The notes below the pieces were generated by a model. The model made no database searches, was not told where the DNA came from, and saw nothing but the letters and a program-made list of their open reading frames with translations. Positions 37,407 through 47,114 of a stretch of 64,000 bases of DNA are shown here, in pieces. The position numbers and the translations under genes were made by a program. Every line of letters begins with the position of its first letter. Positions within the stretch are counted from its first letter, which is position 1. The stretch is from contig JACFNF010000009.1 of the NCBI GenBank assembly GCA_019454985.1, positions 31,692-95,691 on the forward strand. The letters are read 5' to 3'. This DNA comes from Bacteroidales bacterium. GTDB lineage: Bacteria > Bacteroidota > Bacteroidia > Bacteroidales > F082.

Positions 37407-40280
37407 TCAGGCAGTTTTGGGTTTGAGTTCTATTCTAAGATATTCAGCAGTATAACTTTCCGGATGATTGGCAATCTCCTCGGGAGTTCCAGTGCAAACC
37501 ACGGTTCCACCCCTGTCACCGCCCTCGGGCCCCATATCAATCACATAATCAGCCATTTTTATCACTTCCATATTATGCTCGATGATTAACACGGTATTAC
37601 CCCGATCCACTAATTTATTAAGGACTTCGAGCAGCACCTTGACATCTTCGAAATGTAGGCCGGTCGTTGGTTCATCAAGGATATAAATGGTTTTTCCGGT
37701 ATCTTTTTTCGAAAGTTCTGCGGCTAATTTTACGCGTTGGGCCTCACCGCCGGAGATGGTGGTGGAAGCCTGTCCAAGGCTGAGATAGCCCAAACCAACA
37801 TCTTTTAAAGTGCTGATCTTATGTTGGATAGAGGGGATATTTTCAAAAAAAGTGATTGCCTGGTCAATGGTCAGGTTGAGCACATCGTTGATGGATTTAC
37901 CTCGGTAACGCACTTCGAGTGTTTCACGGTTGTAGCGTTTCCCGCCACATTCTTCACAAACAACAGCCACATCGGGTAAAAAATTCATTTCGATGATACG
38001 CAGACCGGCGCCCTTACAGGTTTCACAGCGACCACCCGAAACATTAAACGAAAATCGTCCGGGTTTATAGCCCCTGATACGCGATTCGGGAAGTTCGCCA
38101 AACAGCTTTCGGATATCGTCGAACACTTTGGTATAGGTAGCAGGATTCGAACGTGGGGTGCGGCCAATAGGGGACTGGTCAATTTCAATCACCTTATCTA
38201 TATTTTGCAAGCCTTCAATCGTTTCGTATGGCAGGGGATGTTTAAGAGATTTGTAAAAGTGCCGGCTCAGGATGGGATAGAGAGTTTCGTTGATCAGGCT
38301 CGATTTGCCTGAACCGGAAACACCGGTGATGCATACCATTTTGCCGAGCGGGATCTCGACGGTCACATTTTTCAGGTTATTTCCTTTTGCCCCTTTCAGC
38401 ACAATTTTTTTATCCACCAATCCTTCTCTTCGTTTCGCCGGCACTTTTATCTCGCGTCGTCCACTCAGGTATTCGCAAGTAATGCTGTTGCAGGCGTGCA
38501 TTTCGGAAGGTTTTCCCTGAGCCACCACCTGTCCGCCATGAATTCCGGCTCCCGGCCCGATATCCACTACATAATCGGCGGCCAAGATGGTATCTTTGTC
38601 GTGTTCGACCACGATAACCGAATTACCGATGTCGCGCAGTTTTTTCAGGGAGGCAATCAGCCGGTGGTTGTCACGTTGATGAAGACCAATACTGGGTTCG
38701 TCGAGGATATACAACACACCGGTAAGCTGGGCACCTATTTGAGTAGCTAATCGGATACGCTGCGACTCACCACCCGAAAGGGTGTTTGATGGACGGTTCA
38801 GATTCAGATAGTCAATGCCTACCTCGAGGAGGAAGCCAATGCGTTTTTCAATTTCACGGATAATTTCTTTGGCAATGGCATAATTCTTTTCGCTAAGCTT
38901 AGCCGGAAGCTGGCTCACCCACTGCTGAAGGTTTTTAATATTGAGAGCCGCCACTTCGGCAATATTTTTGCCATCTATCCGAAAATAACGCGCTTCTTTT
39001 TTCAGCCTTGTGCCTTCGCAAACCGGACATTCCACATGGTTCATAAAACCTGCAGCCCAGCGTTTGACAGCCAGCGAAGCTGTTTCATTGTTCTGATCCT
39101 GAATAAAATTGATGATACCTTCGAAGTTAAGGCTGTATGAGCTGGTGATGCCGAGGTATTCTTTTTTCACCTCAAAAGTTTCATTGGAGCCAAAAAGCAG
39201 GACATCAATGGCTTCTTCGGGAATATCTCGGATTGGAGTGTTGAGGTCGAAGCCGTATTTCAGCCCAATAGCTTCCATCTGATTGAAAATCCAGTTGTTT
39301 TTAAACTCACCCATAGGTGCGAAGCCGCCTTTTTTGATGCTCAGCGAAGGGTCGGGCATAATTTTTTGCATATCTACTTCGGCAATATGTCCGAGTCCGT
39401 TGCATTTTGGACAGGCTCCGTAAGGCGAATTGAACGAAAAGGTATTTGGCTCGGGTTCATCGTACGAAATTCCAGTGGTCGGGCACATGAGCAGGCGGCT
39501 GAAATGACGCAGTTTTCCGGTCTCTGATTCAATCACTTGCATCAATCCCTTGCCATGCTTCATTGCAGTTTGCACCGATTGTTGTAACCGCCGGCTTTGG
39601 GAGCCGGTCAATTCTAAACGATCAATCACGATTTCGATATCATGCACTTTATACCGGTCGAGCTGCATTCCAAAAGCATTGTCGCGCATTTCACCGTCCA
39701 CCCTCACTTTGGTAAAGCCCATCTGCCTGATTTGTTCGAACAGTTCGCGATAATGGCCTTTACGGGCACGAACCACAGGTGCCAGCAAGATGACTTTCCT
39801 GTTCTGATATTCATTTTCGATAAGCGAAACAATCTGTTCCTCGCTGTACCGCACCATCTTCTCGCCGGTTTCAAAAGAAAAGGCTTCGGCCACACGGGCA
39901 TAAAGCAAGCGGAGAAAGTCATAGATTTCAGTGATGGTGCCTACGTTGGAACGAGGGTTTCGATTGACCGATTTTTGTTCTATAGAGATAACCGGACTCA
40001 AACCGATGATGCGATCCACATCGGGGCGTTCCATGTTTCCGATAAACTGCCGGGCATAGGCTGAAAAGGTTTCCATATAACGCCTTTGACCTTCAGCATA
40101 TAGGGTGTCGAATGCCAATGACGATTTTCCGCTTCCGCTTAATCCCGTAATAACCACAAGCTGATTGCGCGGAATTCTGAGGTCAATATTTCGCAAGTTG
40201 TGCATGCGTGCGCCTTGCACTTCGAGATACTGATCTTCCGAACAGGCAGATTTTTCCATCTTTTCGATTGCGTTCTCCAA
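37407..40280 (-). CDS. uvrA: excinuclease ABC subunit A
   Basis: 957 aa. Has two ABC modules (GLSGSGKSS, GVSGSGKSS, LSGGE..R), Zn-finger Cys pairs (CPKCNG, CPVCEG, CETCKG, CEECGG) and LYILDEPT signatures. Confidence 0.97.
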   Translation of the reverse strand: MENAIEKMEKSACSEDQYLEVQGARMHNLRNIDLRIPRNQLVVITGLSGSGKSSLAFDTLYAEGQRRYMETFSAYARQFIGNMERPDVDRIIGLSPVISIEQKSVNRNPRSNVGTITEIYDFLRLLYARVAEAFSFETGEKMVRYSEEQIVSLIENEYQNRKVILLAPVVRARKGHYRELFEQIRQMGFTKVRVDGEMRDNAFGMQLDRYKVHDIEIVIDRLELTGSQSRRLQQSVQTAMKHGKGLMQVIESETGKLRHFSRLLMCPTTGISYDEPEPNTFSFNSPYGACPKCNGLGHIAEVDMQKIMPDPSLSIKKGGFAPMGEFKNNWIFNQMEAIGLKYGFDLNTPIRDIPEEAIDVLLFGSNETFEVKKEYLGITSSYSLNFEGIINFIQDQNNETASLAVKRWAAGFMNHVECPVCEGTRLKKEARYFRIDGKNIAEVAALNIKNLQQWVSQLPAKLSEKNYAIAKEIIREIEKRIGFLLEVGIDYLNLNRPSNTLSGGESQRIRLATQIGAQLTGVLYILDEPSIGLHQRDNHRLIASLKKLRDIGNSVIVVEHDKDTILAADYVVDIGPGAGIHGGQVVAQGKPSEMHACNSITCEYLSGRREIKVPAKRREGLVDKKIVLKGAKGNNLKNVTVEIPLGKMVCITGVSGSGKSSLINETLYPILSRHFYKSLKHPLPYETIEGLQNIDKVIEIDQSPIGRTPRSNPATYTKVFDDIRKLFGELPESRIRGYKPGRFSFNVSGGRCETCKGAGLRIIEMNFLPDVAVVCEECGGKRYNRETLEVRYRGKSINDVLNLTIDQAITFFENIPSIQHKISTLKDVGLGYLSLGQASTTISGGEAQRVKLAAELSKKDTGKTIYILDEPTTGLHFEDVKVLLEVLNKLVDRGNTVLIIEHNMEVIKMADYVIDMGPEGGDRGGTVVCTGTPEEIANHPESYTAEYLRIELKPKTA

Positions 40281-40282
40281 AT

Positions 40283-41290
40283 TTAATGTGATTTCAATGC
40301 GTCCGTTTCCGGCTTATATTGCCGATGGGTGGCACTGAATGGCGGTAATGGGATCTTGATAACATAACTTTTCCCAGCCTGAACCGGCAACCTGTTTGAT
40401 CGCAGCCAAGGATTAAATATTTTGAGCAGTTTATAGGACAAACCCTTCGACTGGGCATAAGCAGCAAGGTCGGGTATGGTTTCGCGAATCGTATCTTCCA
40501 TATACCGCAAAGGTTCATAAAACCTTCCTTCGTCGGGTTTGAAGCCGTAAGCAGCAGGGTTTTCGGCAATGGTTTTCAGAGCTAAAATCCGAAATAGGTA
40601 GCGTTCGGTTTCTTCAGGCATCAGGAGATCAAAATAGGATTTTGATTTTTGCTGTTCGAGCAAGTCGCTGATGCGTTTGAGGCCCGCATTGTATGAGGCC
40701 GCAGCCAAGGCCCAATTACCGTATCGGTTATACGCTTTACGCAAATAAACACAGGCTGTCCGGGTTGATTTTTCAACATGATAACGTTCGTCAATATCGG
40801 TATTCAGCTCAAGCCCGTTTTCTTTTGCCGTGCTTTCCATCAGCTGCCAGTAACCACTGGCTCCGGCGGGTGAACGCGTATTGCTGAGATTGCTTTCAAT
40901 CACGCAGAGATATTTAAAATCGTCCGGTATTTTATATTCGGCCAGTATCGGCTCGATGACCGGAAACCATCTTTGCATTCGTTTAAGGTTCAAAAGTGTA
41001 GCGCTATGCCAATAGGTATTCACTAACAATTCGCGTTCGAAATTTTCGGCCACATAAAACAGGTGAAGCGGTACCGTGTCGCCGGCAAAGAGCAATAAAT
41101 CCGGCACTGGCGGATTAAATACGTAAAACGCCTGTAACGGAATGGCAAGGGTATCGCGATGGCCGTCAGGAATGAGATCAACCGATTGTCCGGAAGCAGC
41201 CCTTTCGCAGGATACCAAACCAAAAACCGACATAAAAAAGATGAACAGCCATGCCGCCCGAATGCGGATGAAAACGCTCAGTTTACTCAT
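40283..41290 (-). CDS. lytic transglycosylase (SLT domain) protein
   Basis: Start at MSKLSVFIRIRAAWLFIFFMSVFGLVSC. The track ORF start at 41350 would overlap rfbC. The SLT catalytic region is CVIESNLSNTRSPAGASGYWQLM...AAASYNAG. Confidence 0.8.
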   Translation of the reverse strand: MSKLSVFIRIRAAWLFIFFMSVFGLVSCERAASGQSVDLIPDGHRDTLAIPLQAFYVFNPPVPDLLLFAGDTVPLHLFYVAENFERELLVNTYWHSATLLNLKRMQRWFPVIEPILAEYKIPDDFKYLCVIESNLSNTRSPAGASGYWQLMESTAKENGLELNTDIDERYHVEKSTRTACVYLRKAYNRYGNWALAAASYNAGLKRISDLLEQQKSKSYFDLLMPEETERYLFRILALKTIAENPAAYGFKPDEGRFYEPLRYMEDTIRETIPDLAAYAQSKGLSYKLLKIFNPWLRSNRLPVQAGKSYVIKIPLPPFSATHRQYKPETDALKSH

Positions 41291-41309
41291 CAACAGATTG
41301 GTATCAAAA

Positions 41310-41852
41310 TTAGAACGGGCTGGTAAAATCTTTAAAAAGCGGAGCTTCACGGTCTTTGTCGGACAATAGAGGCTGGCTTATTCCCCAATCAATTCCGAGG
41401 TCAGGGTCGTTCCATCGGATGCTGCCTTCCGACATTTTATTGTAAACATTGGTGCATTTGTAAAAGAACACGGTATTGTCCTCAAGGGTAAGGAAACCGT
41501 GCGCAAAGCCCGGCGGCACCCAATACATCCATTTATTGGATTCCGTCAGTTCGATGGAAGCCCATTTGCCGTAAGTTGGCGATTGTTTACGCAGGTCAAC
41601 GGCCACATCGAGCACGGCGCCTTTCATCACACGCACCAATTTGCCCTGCGCAAAGGGAGGAGCCTGAAAATGCAAGCCTCTGAGCACACCTTTCATGGAT
41701 TTTGACTCGTTGTCCTGCACAAAATTCTGGTCAATTCCCTGGCTGAGAAATTTCTCTTTGTTATACGACTCAAAAAAATAGCCTCTATGATCTTCAAAAA
41801 CCTGAGGTTTCACGATGAGCAATCCGGCTATCCCTGTCTTGATGATTTCCAT
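41310..41852 (-). CDS. rfbC: dTDP-4-dehydrorhamnose 3,5-epimerase
   Basis: 180 aa. Contains FEDHRGYFFESY, RGLHFQ, KLVRV..G.V.DVAVDLR, VPPGFAHGF and SEGSIRWNDPDL. Confidence 0.93.
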   Translation of the reverse strand: MEIIKTGIAGLLIVKPQVFEDHRGYFFESYNKEKFLSQGIDQNFVQDNESKSMKGVLRGLHFQAPPFAQGKLVRVMKGAVLDVAVDLRKQSPTYGKWASIELTESNKWMYWVPPGFAHGFLTLEDNTVFFYKCTNVYNKMSEGSIRWNDPDLGIDWGISQPLLSDKDREAPLFKDFTSPF

Positions 41853-41925
41853 ACCCCGAACAGTTCGTTTGATGATCGGGTCATCCGCCCTTTGGGCGGC
41901 GGATGACCCCTACTACATGACTTAT

Positions 41926-43317
41926 CTACAGATGAATCACCTCACCATAGGCATCGGCAGCAGCCTCCATGATGGCTTCGCTCATGGTAGGATGCGGATG
42001 AATGGTTTTGATGATTTCGTGGCCTGTGGTTTCGAGCTTGCGTGCCACAACTGCTTCGGCAATCATTTCGGTAACGTTTTCGCCAACCATATGACAACCA
42101 AGCCACTCTCCGTATTTAGCATCGAAAATCACTTTCACAAAACCATCTTTATTGCCTGCTGCACTGGCTTTACCGGATGCCGAGAATGGAAATTTTCCAA
42201 CTTTTATCTCATAGCCGGCTTCTTGGGCCTGTTTTTCGGTCATGCCTACTGAGGCCACTTCGGGAGAGGTGTAGGTGCAGGAAGGGATATTGCCGTAATC
42301 AACCGGCTCAGGATTCAGGCCACAAATGGCTTCAACACAGGTAATACCTTCGTGCGAAGCAGTATGAGCCAGCGCCGGGCCGTGAACGATATCGCCAATG
42401 GCATAAATGCCTTCCACATTGGTGCGGTAATAATCATCCACAACCACTTTCCCCTTCTCTGTTTTGACGCCGAGTTCCTCAAGTCCAATTCCTTCGATAT
42501 TGGTAGCAACGCCCACAGCCGAAAGCACAATATCAACGGTCAGACTTTCTTCGCCTTTCTTGGTCTTGATTTTCACGAAGCATCCTTCGCCCGATGTATC
42601 CACCGATTCCACGCTGGAGTTGGTCATCACCTTCATTCCTGCTTTTTTAAAGGAACGTTCCAATTGTTTTGAAACTTCTTCGTCTTCCAATGGAAGGATA
42701 TTGGGCAAAAACTCAACTAAAGTAACTTCTACTCCGATAGAGTTGTAGAAATAGGCAAACTCGCTTCCAATGGCGCCCGATCCTACCACAACCATTGATT
42801 TTGGTTTTTGAGGAAGCACCATTGCCTGGCGATAACCGATGATTTTCTTTCCGTCAATTTTCAGGTTTGGCAGTTCGCGGGCGCGTGCACCAGTCGCCAG
42901 AATAATGTGGTCAGCTTCGAAGATTTGTTTTTTGCCTTCAGCATCGGTTACTTCCACTTTCTTTCCGGCTACAAGCTTACCAAATCCATTGATCAGTTCG
43001 ATCTTATTCTTTTTAAAAAGGTATTGTACACCCTTCGACATTCCTTCGGCGACACCTCTACTACGTTTAACGATGGCATCGAGATCAGGGGCAACCTCAC
43101 CCGAAAGCTGAACACCATAGTCAGAGGCGTGTTTCATATAATGATATACCTGCGCACTTTTCAACAGCGCCTTTGTCGGGATACACCCCCAGTTGAGGCA
43201 GATACCGCCTATCTCGGCCTTTTCGACCACTGCTACTTTTTTCCCTAATTGCGATGCCCTGATGGCTGCAACATAACCTCCAGGGCCACTGCCTATTACG
43301 ATCAGATCAAATTTCAT
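41926..43317 (-). CDS. lpdA: dihydrolipoyl dehydrogenase (E3)
   Basis: 463 aa. Has the FAD motif VIGSGPGGYVAA, redox-active GGICLNWGCIPTK, NAD motif VVGSGAIGSEFA and the C-terminal HPHPTMSE interface motif. Confidence 0.95.
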   Translation of the reverse strand: MKFDLIVIGSGPGGYVAAIRASQLGKKVAVVEKAEIGGICLNWGCIPTKALLKSAQVYHYMKHASDYGVQLSGEVAPDLDAIVKRSRGVAEGMSKGVQYLFKKNKIELINGFGKLVAGKKVEVTDAEGKKQIFEADHIILATGARARELPNLKIDGKKIIGYRQAMVLPQKPKSMVVVGSGAIGSEFAYFYNSIGVEVTLVEFLPNILPLEDEEVSKQLERSFKKAGMKVMTNSSVESVDTSGEGCFVKIKTKKGEESLTVDIVLSAVGVATNIEGIGLEELGVKTEKGKVVVDDYYRTNVEGIYAIGDIVHGPALAHTASHEGITCVEAICGLNPEPVDYGNIPSCTYTSPEVASVGMTEKQAQEAGYEIKVGKFPFSASGKASAAGNKDGFVKVIFDAKYGEWLGCHMVGENVTEMIAEAVVARKLETTGHEIIKTIHPHPTMSEAIMEAAADAYGEVIHL

Positions 43318-43348
43318 AGAAAGTTATTTTTTGATGATGAATTTTTTA

Positions 43349-43356
43349 CAAAAATA
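43349..43356 (-). promoter_or_regulatory. -7 promoter box (TAnnTTTG) for lpdA
   Basis: Minus-strand TATTTTTG, 31 nt upstream of the lpdA ATG (43317). Confidence 0.4.
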
Positions 43357-43472
43357 CAAATTAAGTTGTTTGGATATGTTGTCGTCCGTCTCATTCTGAC
43401 ATAAAGGCTTTAAGCATAAAACAAAAGGGCGGCTGAAGTGTTCATTATCCAGTTCTGATAAAGTGGATTTTG

Positions 43473-43480
43473 TAATTTTG
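43473..43480 (+). promoter_or_regulatory. -7 promoter box (TAnnTTTG) in front of the structured leader
   Basis: TAATTTTG, 5 nt before the first base of the 43486 stem. Confidence 0.4.
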
Positions 43481-43485
43481 TCGTG

Positions 43486-43557
43486 ACTCCCGGCGGAAAC
43501 CATCCCTCTACTTGCCAAAAGAAGCCGGCATAAGCCGGCAAGCCGGGAGTTCTTTTT
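43486..43557 (+). terminator. structured 5' leader ending in an intrinsic terminator, 12 nt before the ICMT-family ORF
   Basis: A 9-bp GC-rich stem ACTCCCGGC (43486-94) / GCCGGGAGT (43542-50) encloses 47 nt, including the inner hairpin GCCGGC-ATAA-GCCGGC (43524-39). It is followed by TCTTTTT. The stem starts ~6 nt after a TAATTTTG -7 box. Confidence 0.5.
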
Positions 43558-43568
43558 ATTGATGATCT

Positions 43569-44009
43569 ATGCGATATCTGAGTTTGCCTTATCTTTTTGT
43601 ATATATCCAGTTTTTAAGTATGGCGCTGTTAATCGTCAGCGGGCCATGGGTAGCTTCCGGAATGTTGTTGCTGACAATTGAGCTATTGGGTTGTTTGCTT
43701 GGCATTGTAGCACTTTTGCAAATGAGGCCGCATCTCGCAAATGTTTTGCCTTTACCTTCGGACGACAACCGGCTGATAACCAATGGAGTTTATCGAATTA
43801 TTCGTCACCCCATGTATTTAGCCCTCATCTTAGTGTTTGCACCACTTGTCGTTGAAAAATACAATCTTTTGCGACTTTCCGTCCTGATTATTTTAGCCAT
43901 CAACTTGATTTTCAAACTTCATTACGAAGAAAGAAAGCTTTTAGTTCACTATGAAGGTTACCGCGATTATATGAAAAAATCGTGGCGACTCATACCTTAT
44001 TTATATTGA
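43569..44009 (+). CDS. isoprenylcysteine carboxyl methyltransferase (ICMT)-family membrane methyltransferase
   Basis: 146 aa, 4 TM segments. Has the motifs LITNGVYRIIRHPMYL and HYEERKLLVHYEGYRDYMKKSWRLIP. Confidence 0.75.
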   Translation: MRYLSLPYLFVYIQFLSMALLIVSGPWVASGMLLLTIELLGCLLGIVALLQMRPHLANVLPLPSDDNRLITNGVYRIIRHPMYLALILVFAPLVVEKYNLLRLSVLIILAINLIFKLHYEERKLLVHYEGYRDYMKKSWRLIPYLY

Positions 44010-44109
44010 AGGAGAACAACTGAAAATTTGTCACCTTCCGGCACCTTTTTGAACATTTTGTTCGGATGGCATACAAATTGATCCGGCACTTGAACAAATT
44101 AAAACTAAA

Positions 44110-44706
44110 ATGGCTATTCAACACATCAGATCATTCAACGAACTTCGCAGCAATCTCAAAGAGAGTTCGAAGAATTATGTTTTGCTTTATAAATCAGGCA
44201 GTGAGGCAAGCGAATGCAGTTTAGGCAATCTTAACGCTGCTGCACAAAAGCTTGATTCGGTCAGTATTATGGCTGCCGATGTGGCACAGGTACGTGATAT
44301 CCACACCGAAATCGGTGTTAGCAGCGTACCAAGCCTGCTTGTTTTCGAGGGCAGTCAGTTTATAAATGTTGTGAAAGGCTGCAACGAGCCTTCCTATTAC
44401 ATTTCTCTGTTCGAGGAGTCGGTCTTTCATGCTGCCCGTCAGTCAGATGAAAAACCACAAAAACGTGTCACTGTTTACTCCACGCCAAGCTGTTCGTGGT
44501 GCAACACCCTAAAAAGTTATCTCAAGCAACATCACATTCATTTTACGGATATTGACGTATCGAAAAACCAACATGCAGCCGAGGAAATGGTTCGCAGAAG
44601 CGGTCAACAAGGAGTTCCACAAACTGATATTGAAGGACAAATCATCGTTGGTTTTGATAAAAGTCGAATAAACAGCATTTTAGGAATTCAAAATTCAAAC
44701 AATTAA
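44110..44706 (+). CDS. two-domain thioredoxin-fold protein: N-terminal Trx-like domain without CxxC + C-terminal glutaredoxin-like domain
   Basis: 198 aa. The C-terminal half is VTVYSTPSCSWCNTLKSYLKQHHIHFTDIDV...GVPQTDIEGQIIVGFD (CxxC glutaredoxin/NrdH-like). The N-terminal half (VLLYKSGSEASECS...VPSLLVFEG) is thioredoxin-like but has only a single Cys. Confidence 0.65.
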   Translation: MAIQHIRSFNELRSNLKESSKNYVLLYKSGSEASECSLGNLNAAAQKLDSVSIMAADVAQVRDIHTEIGVSSVPSLLVFEGSQFINVVKGCNEPSYYISLFEESVFHAARQSDEKPQKRVTVYSTPSCSWCNTLKSYLKQHHIHFTDIDVSKNQHAAEEMVRRSGQQGVPQTDIEGQIIVGFDKSRINSILGIQNSNN

Positions 44707-44717
44707 ATATTTATCCC

Positions 44718-45005
44718 ATGAAAGAATTACAACCTCTGAACGAAAATGTGATCCTCGACCTGAGCAGCGAACAAGGTGAACAACGTACGGCATCGGGTAT
44801 TATCATCCCCGACACCGCCAAAGAAAAACCTCAGATAGCAGCCGTTTTGGCAATCGGCAATATTGAGAATCCTGCCATCAAAGTAGGTGATTCAGTACTC
44901 TTCAAAAAATACAGTGGCACTGAATTAGAATACGAAGGTAAAAAACTGTTGGTGATTCCCTATGCCGACCTGCTTGCCAAAGTGGTTGAGACAGAAGCTA
45001 TTTAA
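44718..45005 (+). CDS. groES: GroES-family co-chaperonin (no groEL follows)
   Basis: 95 aa: LQPLNENVILDL....TASGIIIPDTAKEKPQIAAVLAIG....IKVGDSVLFKKYSGTEL. A strong bidirectional terminator lies right after the stop, so it is not a groES-groEL operon. Confidence 0.8.
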   Translation: MKELQPLNENVILDLSSEQGEQRTASGIIIPDTAKEKPQIAAVLAIGNIENPAIKVGDSVLFKKYSGTELEYEGKKLLVIPYADLLAKVVETEAI

Positions 45006-45018
45006 GCTTATCAAACTC

Positions 45019-45062
45019 AAAAAAAAATCAGGCTGCCCGAAAGAGCAGCCTGATTTTTTTGT
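45019..45062. terminator. bidirectional intrinsic terminator between convergent groES-like gene and sucC
   Basis: A 10-bp stem ATCAGGCTGC (45027-36) / GCAGCCTGAT (45045-54) is flanked by A8 and T8. Confidence 0.85.
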
Positions 45063-45076
45063 TCAGATATAGAAAT

Positions 45077-46267
45077 TTATTTCAGCACTTCGTTCACAAG
45101 AGCTGAAGCGTCTTCGAGACGGATGGCCGAGAACACTTTCAGTCCGGAATCGTCAATTAACTGTTTGCCTTCTTCGGCGTTGGTTCCTTGTAATCGGACA
45201 ATGATGGGAACATTGATTTGGCCAATATTTTTGTATGCGTCAACAATTCCCTGAGCCACACGGTCGCATCTGACAATGCCTCCGAAAATATTAACAAGAA
45301 TGGCTTTCACATTGGGGTCTTTGAGAATGATTCGGAATGCTTCTTCCACGCGTTTGGCGTTGGCCGAACCGCCCACATCGAGGAAGTTGGCAGGTTCGCC
45401 GCCCGACATTTTGATCATATCCATGGTGGCCATTGCCAGTCCGGCGCCGTTGACCATACAGCCCACATTTCCATCGAGTTTCACGAAATTCAGGTCGAAT
45501 TTTGAGGCTTCAACTTCCACAGGGTCTTCCTCATTCAGGTCGCGCATTCCGGCAATCTCGGTCTGGCGGAAAAGAGCGTTGTTATCAATCACCACTTTTG
45601 AATCGGCTGCAAAAATACGGTCGTCAGCAGCTTTGATTACAGGGTTGATTTCGAAAAGGCTGGCATCTGAGCCTTCATAGGCTTTATACAGGGCAGCAAC
45701 AAACTTCACCATTTCTTTGAAAGCCGTTCCCGACAGGCCGAGGTTGAAGGCGATTTTTCGAGCCTGAAAAGCCTGCAAACCCACAGCTGGATTGATTTCT
45801 TCCGTAAAAATCTGATCGGGTGTTTCCTCAGCCACTTTTTCGATATCCATCCCGCCGCGGGGCGAATACATAATCATATTGTGTCCGGTGGCACGATTCA
45901 ACAGGATACTCATATATATTTCGGATACGGGAGAGGGCCCGGGATAATAGATGTTTTGCTCAATTAACACCTGACGAACCAGCTTACCTTCGGCCGAGGT
46001 TTGTGGTGTCACAAGCATCATCCCCAGAATCTGCCCGGCATATTTCTCAACTTCTTCTAAGGATTTGGCAATTTTCACTCCGCCGCCCTTGCCACGACCC
46101 CCGGCATGAATCTGAGCCTTCACGGCCCATTTGTCGGAATTGGTTTGCTTTTGAATTTCGATGGCCGCTTCAACAGCTTTGGCCGGTGTATCGGCAACAA
46201 TACCAAGAGGCACGGAAACCCCGTATTTGCCAAGAATTTTCTTTCCCTGATATTCGTGTAAGTTCAT
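45077..46267 (-). CDS. sucC: succinate--CoA ligase (ADP-forming) beta subunit
   Basis: Start at [20 protein letters not shown] (46267). The track ORF extends 408 nt further upstream with no family signal. Has an ATP-grasp region, [10 protein letters not shown], and the C-terminal GGIVRCD and VVRLQGTN-like motifs. Confidence 0.93.
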   Translation of the reverse strand: MNLHEYQGKKILGKYGVSVPLGIVADTPAKAVEAAIEIQKQTNSDKWAVKAQIHAGGRGKGGGVKIAKSLEEVEKYAGQILGMMLVTPQTSAEGKLVRQVLIEQNIYYPGPSPVSEIYMSILLNRATGHNMIMYSPRGGMDIEKVAEETPDQIFTEEINPAVGLQAFQARKIAFNLGLSGTAFKEMVKFVAALYKAYEGSDASLFEINPVIKAADDRIFAADSKVVIDNNALFRQTEIAGMRDLNEEDPVEVEASKFDLNFVKLDGNVGCMVNGAGLAMATMDMIKMSGGEPANFLDVGGSANAKRVEEAFRIILKDPNVKAILVNIFGGIVRCDRVAQGIVDAYKNIGQINVPIIVRLQGTNAEEGKQLIDDSGLKVFSAIRLEDASALVNEVLK

Positions 46268-46383
46268 AAAAAAACAATCTGTGTTTAAGCTCCCAAAAAT
46301 AGAACAAAAATCGAAAAGCGACGCTATTCGTCGAAAAGAAATTCCGTTATCCTCTGTCAAACGGCTGCTAAACCTGAAATGTT

Positions 46384-46391
46384 TACCTTTG
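46384..46391 (+). promoter_or_regulatory. -7 promoter box (TAnnTTTG) for lolD
   Basis: TACCTTTG, 17 nt upstream of the ATG at 46409. This supports the internal start. Confidence 0.4.
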
Positions 46392-46408
46392 TCGCTAAAT
46401 TTGAATGG

Positions 46409-47110
46409 ATGATTCAGGCCGATAACATATCCAAACGTTTTGGCAATATTGAGGTTCTTCGGAACGTCAGCCTGCGGGTTCACCCCGCCGAGCTGGTTTC
46501 GGTGGTTGGCGCTTCCGGAGCCGGGAAAACGACCTTGCTTCAGATCATTGGTACTTTGCTCAAATGTGATTCGGGCAAACTTACAATTCAGGGAACCAAC
46601 GTCAGTCGGTTGAATGAGCGCGAGTTGGCAGCATTCAGGAATCAATCCATTGGATTTGTTTTTCAATTTCATCATCTTCTGCCGGAGTTTAGCGCTTTGG
46701 AAAACATCTGCATACCGGCTTTCATTGCAGGTAAGAACCGTAAGGAAGCCGAGTTACGGGCGATGCAACTGCTCGATTTTTTCAAGCTTCGCGACCGTGC
46801 AAACCACAAACCATCTGAGCTTTCCGGTGGCGAACAGCAAAGGGTGGCTGTAGCCCGTGCCTTAGTCAACCGGCCTGCCGTCGTTCTGGCCGATGAACCT
46901 TCGGGCAATTTAGATTCAGCTTCGGCCAATGCCTTACACCAGCTCTTTTTCGACCTTCGCAACGAATTTCAACAGACATTTGTCATCGTCACCCACAACC
47001 CGCAATTGGCACAAATGGCCGACCGCCGCATCCTGATTTCCGATGGTCAAATCAGTGATGCAGGTAATAAAACCGACTCAGAAACGTTTCCTCCTTTAAC
47101 ATCACTTTGA
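46409..47110 (+). CDS. lolD: ABC transporter ATP-binding protein, LolD-like (lipoprotein release)
   Basis: Start at [12 protein letters not shown], with a TACCTTTG box 17 nt upstream. Has Walker [12 protein letters not shown], the [18 protein letters not shown] (LolD-type) motif, signature [15 protein letters not shown] and Walker [13 protein letters not shown]. Confidence 0.8.
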   Translation: MIQADNISKRFGNIEVLRNVSLRVHPAELVSVVGASGAGKTTLLQIIGTLLKCDSGKLTIQGTNVSRLNERELAAFRNQSIGFVFQFHHLLPEFSALENICIPAFIAGKNRKEAELRAMQLLDFFKLRDRANHKPSELSGGEQQRVAVARALVNRPAVVLADEPSGNLDSASANALHQLFFDLRNEFQQTFVIVTHNPQLAQMADRRILISDGQISDAGNKTDSETFPPLTSL

Positions 47111-47114
47111 CCTT

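Noticed and set aside
43481-43500. Resemblance of GTCGTGACTcccGGCGGAAAC to the 5' half of the ZTP (pfl) riboswitch (GUCGUGACUGGCGAAC).
   Set aside because: There is a 3-nt insertion in the conserved core, and no 3' CCGCCTGGGCA-type pseudoknot partner. The downstream gene is not a purine or folate gene. This is probably coincidence.
43324-43518. A 64-aa minus-strand ORF in the lpdA/ICMT intergenic region.
   Set aside because: It has no family signal. It spans the lpdA promoter box and part of the structured leader, and the composition is intergenic-like.
46268-46675. A 136-codon N-terminal extension of the sucC ORF (track ORF 45077..46675).
   Set aside because: SucC similarity begins exactly at [17 protein letters not shown] (ATG at 46267). 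The extension has no family signal and is Cys/Phe-rich. It runs through the lolD promoter and start region on the other strand.
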